The position numbers and the translations under genes are program-made. Of a stretch of 64,000 bases of DNA, positions 50,300 through 58,298 are shown one piece after another (within the stretch, counting starts at the first letter, position 1; every line of letters starts with the position of its first letter). The stretch is from Longimicrobiales bacterium (GTDB lineage: Bacteria; Gemmatimonadota; Gemmatimonadetes; Longimicrobiales; Gaopeijiaceae). The notes beneath the pieces were generated by a model that was not told where the DNA came from, did no database searches, and worked only from the letters and a program-made list of their open reading frames with translations. The stretch spans positions 160,001 to 224,000 of the forward strand of contig CBDDCX010000006.1 of assembly GCA_965226375.1 (NCBI GenBank). Reading direction: 5' to 3'.

Positions 50300-52420
50300 A
50301 TGCGCTATGTGTCACTTTCGCCGACTCTCCTCTTGGCTTTTGCCTTCGGGCTGGGGCATACAGGCTCAGGTCCGGGCGGCTTAGGTCCAACGGCCGCGGC
50401 AGGACAGGCCAGCGCCGACTACCGTCTGCTGGATACCAGCACGTACCTGGAGATGGAGACGATCGGCGGGCTACAGATATCCCCCGACGGGCGGCACGTC
50501 CTCTTCACGCGCGGCTGGATCGACAAGATGGAGGACCGCACCCGCAGCAATCTCTGGATCGCGGAGACGGACGGCTCGCGGGTTCGGCAGCTCACCAACG
50601 GGACGTGGAGCGATTTCTCACCCGCCTGGTCGCCGGATGGTGAGCGGATCGCTTTCTTGTCCGATCGGGACGGCTCGACCCAGATCCATGTCATGTGGTT
50701 GGACACTCGGGAGAGCGCACAGCTCACCCATCTGGAACAGACCCCAGGTGCGCTCAAGTGGTCGCCCGACGGGGAGACGCTGGCCTTCGGCATGAGGGTG
50801 CCTGAGACCACCCCGATCCTTCCCGTCAGCCTCCCCGAGTATCCGCGAGGAGCGAACCTGGCTCCGCCCGCCAAGGTGATCGATCGCATCATTTTCGGAT
50901 ACGACGGCAGGGGAGATCTCCCCAGAGGGGACATCCACGTCTTCACGCTGGATGCGCAGAGCGGTGGGACTCCCCGGCAGGTCACCCCGGAAGGACACAG
51001 CTACAACGACCCACGGGGGTTTGCGGCCGAGGTCCACTGGTCCCGCGACGGTGAGAAGCTCTACTTCGTCGCCTGGCTGGAGCCGTGGTCCGAGGTCGAG
51101 CTGGAGATCAACGAGTCGGAGATCTACTCCATGGATCTGAGCTCCGGGGACATCGAGCAGCTGACGGACCGTCAGGGGCCGGACCGGGGGATGCAGCTCT
51201 CTCCCGACGGCGAGTGGATCACCTACACGGGGTTCGACGATCAAGACTACGCAGACGGCAACATCTCGAGTCTGTACCTCATGGACAGCAGCGGTGGGAG
51301 CAAGCGGCTGTTGGCGGGCGACCTACCGAACTCGGTGCGGAGCGTCCTTTGGGCACCGGACAACTCGGGGGTCTACTACCTGATGTCCGAGCGCGGCGTG
51401 GCGAACGTGTATTTCGTGTCGCGAGATGGTGAACGCCGCCCTGTCACAACCGGTAACCACGTGCTATCGCAACTCACATTGGCCGCAAACGGGCAGGCTG
51501 CAGCGGTGCGGTCCACCACCGATCGGCCTGGCTATCTCGTGACGTTTCCGATGATGCCGGGTGCCTCGGCCGCCTCGCCTGACGAGATGAGCACTCTGGT
51601 CGACGTGAACGCCGACGTTCTCGACGGTGTGAGGCTGGGCCAGGTCGACGAGCTGCTCTTCGAGTCGCCGGACGGACTGGATCTCCAAGGCTGGCTGATG
51701 AAGCCCGCCGAGTTCAACGCCTCGCGGAAGTACCCGCTCCTGCTCTGGATCCACGGCGGACCGTACTCGATGTACTCGGTTCAGTGGAATTGGGCTTGGC
51801 AGAACTTCGCCGCAGAGGGATACGCGGTCTTCTTCATGAATCCGCGAGGCAGCACTGGATACGGCAAAGCTTTTGTCGACGGCATCAAACACTCCTATCC
51901 CGGCAAGGACTACGACGACCTGATGGCCGGGGTGGACGCCGCCATGGCCGAGGGGTTCATCGATCCCGATAACCTGTTCGTTCTGGGAGGCAGCGGAGGT
52001 GGAATTCTGACCGCCTACATCGTCGGGCAGACCCACCGGTTCCAGGCCGCCGCGGCCATGCGCCCGATCGTGAACTACATCTCGGCGGCCGGCACGGCCG
52101 ACGACCCCACGGACAAATACAGCTGGTTCATGAAGCCCCACTGGGAGGACCCGCTGGACTGGTACGAGCGCTCACCCATCGCCTCGGTAGGCAACGTGGA
52201 GACCCCGGTCCTACTCATGACGGGGGAGCGTGATCTACGGACGCCGATGGGTCAGAGCGAGGAGTTCTTCCGGGCGCTGAAGATGCAGGGCAAGGAGACG
52301 TTGCTGATCCGTATGCCTGAAGAGTTTCATGGCTGGAGGCGGCCTTCGCACCGGATTTCGGGTCAGCTGTACCTGCAGGCGTGGTTCGAGAAGTACCGGA
52401 AGAGGGTGCCTGCGTCGTAG
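50300..52420 (+). CDS. S9 family peptidase (canonical Ser-Asp-His triad)
   Basis: 'IHGGP', 'GGSGGG', 'GERDLRTP', 'MPEEFHG'. Confidence 0.92.
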   Translation: MRYVSLSPTLLLAFAFGLGHTGSGPGGLGPTAAAGQASADYRLLDTSTYLEMETIGGLQISPDGRHVLFTRGWIDKMEDRTRSNLWIAETDGSRVRQLTNGTWSDFSPAWSPDGERIAFLSDRDGSTQIHVMWLDTRESAQLTHLEQTPGALKWSPDGETLAFGMRVPETTPILPVSLPEYPRGANLAPPAKVIDRIIFGYDGRGDLPRGDIHVFTLDAQSGGTPRQVTPEGHSYNDPRGFAAEVHWSRDGEKLYFVAWLEPWSEVELEINESEIYSMDLSSGDIEQLTDRQGPDRGMQLSPDGEWITYTGFDDQDYADGNISSLYLMDSSGGSKRLLAGDLPNSVRSVLWAPDNSGVYYLMSERGVANVYFVSRDGERRPVTTGNHVLSQLTLAANGQAAAVRSTTDRPGYLVTFPMMPGASAASPDEMSTLVDVNADVLDGVRLGQVDELLFESPDGLDLQGWLMKPAEFNASRKYPLLLWIHGGPYSMYSVQWNWAWQNFAAEGYAVFFMNPRGSTGYGKAFVDGIKHSYPGKDYDDLMAGVDAAMAEGFIDPDNLFVLGGSGGGILTAYIVGQTHRFQAAAAMRPIVNYISAAGTADDPTDKYSWFMKPHWEDPLDWYERSPIASVGNVETPVLLMTGERDLRTPMGQSEEFFRALKMQGKETLLIRMPEEFHGWRRPSHRISGQLYLQAWFEKYRKRVPAS

Positions 52421-52523
52421 CACGCGGGTCTGCACCGGGGTCGTGGGACATGAGCCATCTCAGGCCCGAATTCGGTTCTCCAGTCAAAGTTCGCATGTCA
52501 CGACATTCAAGGAGGACTCCGAT

Positions 52524-54188
52524 ATGTGCCGTAGCCGACTCGCAGCCGCGACCCTCGCCGTCGCGCTGCTCACTCTCGTGCCGCTTCCGGGTGGGTTCCT
52601 GCCCGGGCCGACCGACGCTCGAGCCCAGTCCAGCGCCGTTCCGCTCTACGACGACCTGGGAGATCACCACTATTCGATCACCGCGAGTGACGCGGCGGTC
52701 CAAGCGTATTTCGACCAAGGGCTCCGGCTCTATTACGCGTTCAACCATGCCGAGGCGATTCGTGCCTTTCGCGAGGCGCAGCGTCTAGATCCCGACTGTG
52801 CCACGTGCTGGTGGGGAGAGGCGCTCGCCTGGGGTCCCAACATCAACCTGCCGATGGATGAGCCGTCGGCTCTGGCCGCATATGAGGCTATCAAGGGGGC
52901 CAAAGCCGCCGCGCCTCGGGGCGCCTCCGAGCGCGAGCGCGCCATGATCGCGGCGCTGGCGACTCGCTACGTCGCCGACCCGCCCGAGGGTCGGGCCTAC
53001 CTGGACCAGGCCTACGCCGATGCCATGCGGGACCTCGCCAAGCGGTATCCGGATGACCATGAGGTGTCCGTGTTGTACGGGGAGTCGCTCCTGGATCTTC
53101 GCCCATGGGACTACTGGACGGAGAGTGGAGAGCCCGAGCCTGGCATCGAAGACGTCGAGGCCGTGCTCGCCGAGAACGAGAACCATCCGGGGGCCTGCCA
53201 CTTCTTCATCCACACGGTCGAGAAGCTCTATCCGGAACGGGCTATCGCGTGTGCCGAGCGACTCGCGGGCCTCATGCCCGGAGCGGGCCATATCGTCCAC
53301 ATGCCGGGGCATATCTATATCCGAGTAGGTCGATATATCGAGGCCGTGGCCGCCAACGAACACGCGGTTCACGCCGACGAGACCTACATCCAGGACCAGC
53401 AGCCCGGCATGGGCATGTACACGGCCGGGTACTATCCGCACAACTACGACTTCCTGGCGTTCGCGGCCTCCATGATCGGGCGGAGCAAAGTCGCGATCCA
53501 TGCCGCCGACCAAGTGGCCGACCTCATCCCTGCCGACATGTTCGGAGAACCCGGGATGGCGTTCCTGGAGCACTGGTCCACCCGGCCGTTGCAGGTGCGG
53601 GTGCTCTTCGGGCGGTGGAGCGAGATTCTGGCGACACCTGCTCCGCCGGCCACTCGGGCTCACGCGCTCGGCCTCTGGCACTACGCTCGAGGGCGGGCTC
53701 TAGCGGCGACCGGAGACGTATCGGGTGCGCGCGAGCAGCTCGGCGCACTCGAGACCATCGCGGCGAGTCCTGAGCGGCAGGGAATCCGTATGGAATTCAA
53801 CCCCTCTGCCGACTTGCTCAACATCGCGGCAAGCGTGCTCTCAGGCTGGGTCGAGGCGGCGGACGGACAGTACGAACAGGCGATCGCCAAGCTCTCCGAA
53901 GCGGTCGACCGTGAAGGTGCGTTGCGGTACGGCGAGCCTCCCGAGTGGACGGTCCCCGTGCGGCACGATCTGGGCGCGGTGCTGTTGCTGGCCGGGCGTC
54001 CCGCTGAGGCCGAGAAGGTCTTTGGAGAGGCCTTGGACCAGTTCCCCGAGAACGGGTGGGCGCTCGACGGGCTCGCGCGAGCCCTGAAGGACCAGTCGCG
54101 CACGGCCGAGGCCAAAGAGGTGGCCGCTCGTTTCGAGCGTGTGTGGGCGACCGCGGACGTCGACCTGAACGAGGCGGGTCGGCCGTAG
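52524..54188 (+). CDS. Secreted TPR-like protein with a His cluster
   Basis: AAGGAGG RBS, signal peptide, 'QAYFDQGL..YAFNH.EA', 'NHPGACHFFIH', 'HIVHMPGHIY', 'HNYDFL'. Confidence 0.75.
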   Translation: MCRSRLAAATLAVALLTLVPLPGGFLPGPTDARAQSSAVPLYDDLGDHHYSITASDAAVQAYFDQGLRLYYAFNHAEAIRAFREAQRLDPDCATCWWGEALAWGPNINLPMDEPSALAAYEAIKGAKAAAPRGASERERAMIAALATRYVADPPEGRAYLDQAYADAMRDLAKRYPDDHEVSVLYGESLLDLRPWDYWTESGEPEPGIEDVEAVLAENENHPGACHFFIHTVEKLYPERAIACAERLAGLMPGAGHIVHMPGHIYIRVGRYIEAVAANEHAVHADETYIQDQQPGMGMYTAGYYPHNYDFLAFAASMIGRSKVAIHAADQVADLIPADMFGEPGMAFLEHWSTRPLQVRVLFGRWSEILATPAPPATRAHALGLWHYARGRALAATGDVSGAREQLGALETIAASPERQGIRMEFNPSADLLNIAASVLSGWVEAADGQYEQAIAKLSEAVDREGALRYGEPPEWTVPVRHDLGAVLLLAGRPAEAEKVFGEALDQFPENGWALDGLARALKDQSRTAEAKEVAARFERVWATADVDLNEAGRP

Positions 54189-54191
54189 GGC

Positions 54192-54635
54192 CTACATTCC
54201 GGCCAGAATTTCTGCCGGCTCGTGGTCGAACGGGCTGATGATCGTCAGCCCGTCGATCACCTGGCCGGCCTGCAAGTCCTCGGTGAGAAGATACCGGGCT
54301 CCCGAGTGGAGGGCCGACGTCACGATCAGCGCGTCCCACCACGAGTAGCCGTAGCGGTCCTGGATGTCCCAGGCCGTCTCGAGCGTGCGGTGGTCGATCG
54401 CCTCCGGCTTCCAAGCGCGCAGTGCCATGACGTCGTCGCGGGCGTCTTCCGTCTTTCGGGGCGGGTCGAGCTTGGCTGTGAGGGTTACGTAGTACTCCTG
54501 GAGCACCTGAAAGCTGAGCCTGCCCAGACCCGTCTCCCAGAGACTGCCGATCCATTCGGCCGCCCGTCGCTGCTTTTCGGCCTCACTCAGGTCGCGAGCG
54601 TAGACGAGTACGTTCGTGTCAACGAAGATCGACAC
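54192..54635 (-). CDS. PIN-domain (VapC) toxin
   Basis: 'FVDTNVLVY', 'QVLQEY', 'SWWDALIV.SA', 'LLTEDLQ'. Confidence 0.9.
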   Translation of the reverse strand: MSIFVDTNVLVYARDLSEAEKQRRAAEWIGSLWETGLGRLSFQVLQEYYVTLTAKLDPPRKTEDARDDVMALRAWKPEAIDHRTLETAWDIQDRYGYSWWDALIVTSALHSGARYLLTEDLQAGQVIDGLTIISPFDHEPAEILAGM

Positions 54636-54873
54636 GGTCGTGCAGCTCCTCCCTGGTGGGGAGGGACTGACCCTCACAACGGTGAATTCCGGGCTCCTGA
54701 GCCAGGTACATCTGCTTGGCTGAGTCGTACTGGGCCTCGTGAAGCATCTCGGATCGGAGCAGCTCTCCCAGGAGCTTCGACACCGACGTATCCTGGCGAG
54801 CCGCTTCCACTCTGGCCCACCGGGCGGTCTCCTCGTCCAGGGTAACCGTGACGTTCCGGAGCTTTCTAGACAT
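54619..54873 (-). CDS. RHH/CopG-like antitoxin (VapB)
   Basis: 'NVTVTLDEETARWARVEAA..DTSVSKLL...PTREELHDR'; overlaps the toxin start. Confidence 0.85.
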   Translation of the reverse strand: MSRKLRNVTVTLDEETARWARVEAARQDTSVSKLLGELLRSEMLHEAQYDSAKQMYLAQEPGIHRCEGQSLPTREELHDRVDLR

Positions 54874-54874
54874 G

Positions 54875-54908
54875 ACACGAATATCGTGTAACACGAACTT
54901 TGTGTCAA
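54875..54908 (-). promoter_or_regulatory. TA promoter with two operator palindromes
   Basis: ACACGAataTCGTGT (54875-54889) and ACACGAactTTGTGT (54891-54905); TTGACA on the minus strand at 54908-54903. Confidence 0.7.
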
Positions 54909-55043
54909 CCGTCGCTCGACATAGGCTGCCTGGTCCGTAACAGGTAGGCTTACTTGCCCCTATCGAGTTGCGATGGCCCCGAGCACACCCTGTCGGTATG
55001 ATGCGACCAAGCCACTGCCGATGTGACCCGAGGAGAATCGCCC

Positions 55044-55690
55044 ATGTGCAACTTCAGCAACGACGAAGACCAGTTCGGCTTCATCGTCGACACCCCCGAG
55101 ATCCGTGAGCTGGTCGAGGAGACGCGTCGGCTGACGCGTGAAATCACGAGTGACGCCGAGCGGGTGGAAGCCCTCCAGCCCGCGTTCGCCAAGCTGCTCT
55201 CCGCTGACGGGTGGCTGCCCGAGGAGTACGGGTCGCCCGACCACGAGAGCGGCATGGGCGGCGGCATCGGGCAGTACGCGCTGTACCGGGCCGAAGACGG
55301 GTCGCTTTGCCTCTTCTCGCTGGTCATCCCTGCCGGCTCGTCTACGCCCGTGCACGATCACCTGGCGTGGGGGCTGATCGGGGTATACCGCGGCGAACAG
55401 TTCGAGACGATCTACGAGCGTCTCGACGACGGGAGTGACGAAGACCGGGCGGACCTCCAGCCCGCCAAGGAGCTGCACGTGAAGCAGGGTGAGTTCTACA
55501 CGCTGCTGCCGCCGGTCGACGACATCCACTACGTCACCACCGTCTCGGACACGGCGTCGGTGTCGATCCATCTTCTGGCCAACGACACGGCCTGTGTCTG
55601 GCGCCACAAGTTCGAGCCCGACGAGGGCACGGTCCAGTCGTTCCGGTCGGGGTACAGCAACGCGCCTTGTCCGCCCGAGGAGGCGGAGTC
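55044..55690 (+). CDS. Cysteine dioxygenase-like cupin; native stop apparently lost, ORF reads on to 55967
   Basis: GAGGAG RBS, 'TPVHDHLAWG', 'DDIHYV', 'SVSIHLL'. Confidence 0.75.
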
Positions 55691-57054
55691 GGCCGGACCG
55701 CGGGCGGAGGCGTTCGTCACCTCGCTGGCGTCGGTTACGCTTCGGAGCGAGGCGTTCACGTTGAGCCCCGAAGGGTCGGACACGATCGAGCCCGTAAGCA
55801 ACAGTCCGGCTCCGAGGGTGCGGGCAGTGCTCTCCGCGGCGCCGCTCGGATCGGCACCGGCACGATCCTGCCAAATGGCGTTGGAGGCTGCCGGGTCCAC
55901 CGCTCGTGGGCCTACGTCCCCCGTGAGTCTCGCGGCCAGGAGATCCACGATGCCGTCGCCAAGGTAGGAGAGGTTCTCCGGACCGCTGAATCGGAACGGC
56001 ATGATCGCCACGACGTCGGGATCGAGCTCTTGGCCGTCCGCCGTGGCCGCGGATCGCGGACCGGCGCCGGAGCGCATCTGCGTAACGCCAAACGCTGCCG
56101 CAACGATCACAGCGGCCGCTACGCCCAACTTGGCCGGAGTGAACATGCTCCGGGTCCCCGTGGTCGCAGACACAGACACCGGCACCGTGTCCGTGGGTGT
56201 CATCCCTCCGCTCGGCGTGGCCAGCGCCTCCAGGTGCCCGAGCATCTCCTCCGCGCTCTGCCAGCGATCGGCCGGTTTCTTCTCGAGACACCGCATTACC
56301 AGATGGGCCAAGGCGGGGGGAACCGTCTCGCGGTGCGTCGTGACGGGCTCGGGAGCCTGGGTGACGTGCGCCATGAGCATCACCTGGGGGCTTCTTCCTG
56401 CAAAGGGAGAGGCTCCTGCGAGCAATTCGTAGGCCATGGCCCCGAGGGCGTAGATGTCCGCCCGGTGATCGATGTTCTCCGAAGCTTCCGCTTGCTCGGG
56501 CGCCATGTAGGCGGGTGTCCCCAGGGCCACACCGATGGTCGTGAGCTGATGCCTTCCGGTGGCTTCGCTCACGGCCTTGGCCACGCCGAAGTCGGTCACC
56601 AGAGCGTGGCGACCGCTGAGCATGACATTGTCGGGCTTGATGTCGCGGTGGACCACCCCTTGGTCGTGTGCGTGCGCCAGCGCGTCGACCACGTCTCGGA
56701 GAATCCGAACGGCCTCGCCGATGGGAGCTCCCCCTCGCGAACGATCCGGTCCCTGAGTGACTCTCCGTCGATATACGGCAGAACGTAGAACAGGAATCCG
56801 TCGGCCTCCCCCGAGTCGTGTAGCGGCAGGATGTGGGGGTGGGTCAGGCCGGCCGCGATCTCGATTTCCTTGAGAAACCGCTCAGGCCCCAGCGTGGCGG
56901 CGAGGTCAGGCCGGAGGACCTTGAGGGCCACCTTGCGGTGATGCCGACTGTCCTCGGCCAGGTACACCGTGGCCATCCCGCCCGCACCGAGCTCGCGCTC
57001 GACGGAGTAACGGCCCTCCAGGGCCGCGTTCAGGCGGGTGATGGGATCGGACAT
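55685..57054 (-). pseudogene. Ser/Thr kinase - TM - TolB-N-like domain (copy 5), frameshift at ~56723-56725 and 3' truncation
   Basis: 'MSDPITRLNAALEGRY', HRDIKPDN, DFG, GTPAYMAPEQ; adding one C restores 'ELPIGEAVRIL'; 'VAIMPF...LGDGIVDLL' domain is cut off. Confidence 0.85.
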
Positions 57055-57231
57055 GGCTCGTCAGCGACTCACTGAGGCAGTTCGCAGTCTCATTGATGCG
57101 GGTCGACCACCATGGCCAAGATGCGGGTGACTCGGGCCGGACCACAAGCCACGGATGCCTTCGTTACGCGGAACCTGCTTGCCCACGCCGGGGTTTGAAG
57201 TCAGGAGGGCAGGGCGGGACTTTTTTTTTCG

Positions 57232-58101
57232 ATGTACGTTGGAGAAGCGCCTGTGAGAAGTACGGGGTACGTGGCCGGCGGCGGCTTGAATCTCAGCTAT
57301 CAGCTCACTCCGTGGGTGAAAAAGCTGCTGATTGCCAACACCGTAGCGTTCCTCATTACCTGGATCGTCGGGCGCGACTTCATTTTCAGCTGGTTCTCCT
57401 TCCAGCCCTCCGAGATGCTGTTCCGCCCGTGGGGCGCCGTGACTTATATGTTCCTGCACGGCGATTTCATGCACCTCTTCATGAACATGCTGGTGCTGTT
57501 CTTCTTCGGCCCTCCCCTCGAGTCCAAGTGGGGATCCCAGGAGTTCATCAAGTACTACATGATCTGCGGGCTCGGAGGCGTCGCTCTCAGCTTCTTCTTC
57601 GTCTCCTACTCCATCATCGGCGCGTCGGCGGCGGTCTACGGTGTCATGATGGCCTTCGCCATGGCGTGGCCCGAGGCACCCATCTACGTCTGGGGCATCT
57701 TTCCGGTCAAGGCCAAATGGCTGGTGGCGTTCTTCTTCCTGATCACGTTTACGAGTGCCTTCGGGGGGGCGGACGGCGGTGTGGCGCACTTCGCCCACCT
57801 GGGCGGCTTCATCACCGGGTTCCTCTACCTGAAGACCGACTGGAAGGCGGCCGAGAAGATTCAGAAGATGGGCAGGGCCGCCCGCGCCAGACGCTTCGCC
57901 ATTGTCCCCCGGGACGACCATGAGAAGGAGGCCGGTGGCGGCCGTCGAGGCCGTGACCTGGAGGCTGAGGCAAGAGAGAACACGATGTTGGATGCGGTCG
58001 ACAGGGTCCTGGACAAGATCTCTGCCGAAGGGATGAGTGCGCTCACCGAAGACGAGAGAAAGCTCCTCGATGAGGTCTCCAAGAAACACCGCACGAACTG
58101 A
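57232..58101 (+). CDS. Rhomboid family intramembrane serine protease
   Basis: 'YMFLHG..HLFMNM', 'GASAAVYG', 'AHFAHLGG', C-terminal 'VDRVLDKIS.EG..AL'. Confidence 0.92.
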   Translation: MYVGEAPVRSTGYVAGGGLNLSYQLTPWVKKLLIANTVAFLITWIVGRDFIFSWFSFQPSEMLFRPWGAVTYMFLHGDFMHLFMNMLVLFFFGPPLESKWGSQEFIKYYMICGLGGVALSFFFVSYSIIGASAAVYGVMMAFAMAWPEAPIYVWGIFPVKAKWLVAFFFLITFTSAFGGADGGVAHFAHLGGFITGFLYLKTDWKAAEKIQKMGRAARARRFAIVPRDDHEKEAGGGRRGRDLEAEARENTMLDAVDRVLDKISAEGMSALTEDERKLLDEVSKKHRTN

Positions 58102-58298
58102 ACGGGCTCCACCCGATCAGCCAGGTCTCGCCCTCCGAGACCGATAACACCACTCGATTCCGCTTCTAAAGGCCGAGTCCAGTCTAGACGAGTCAGGCCC
58201 TCCGGTCTACAATCATCGTCCCCCAAAAAAGACGGCACCAAGAGAACCAGACGAGACACATACAGACCAGTCGACAGACATACAGATAGGAGGTGTTT

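Noticed and set aside
15343..57054. Prophage, ICE or integron
   Set aside because: No integrase, relaxase, phage structural genes or attC-like repeats were recognised.
57198..57229. Terminator or riboswitch before the rhomboid gene (T9 run)
   Set aside because: The stem is only about 5 bp and no aptamer was recognised.
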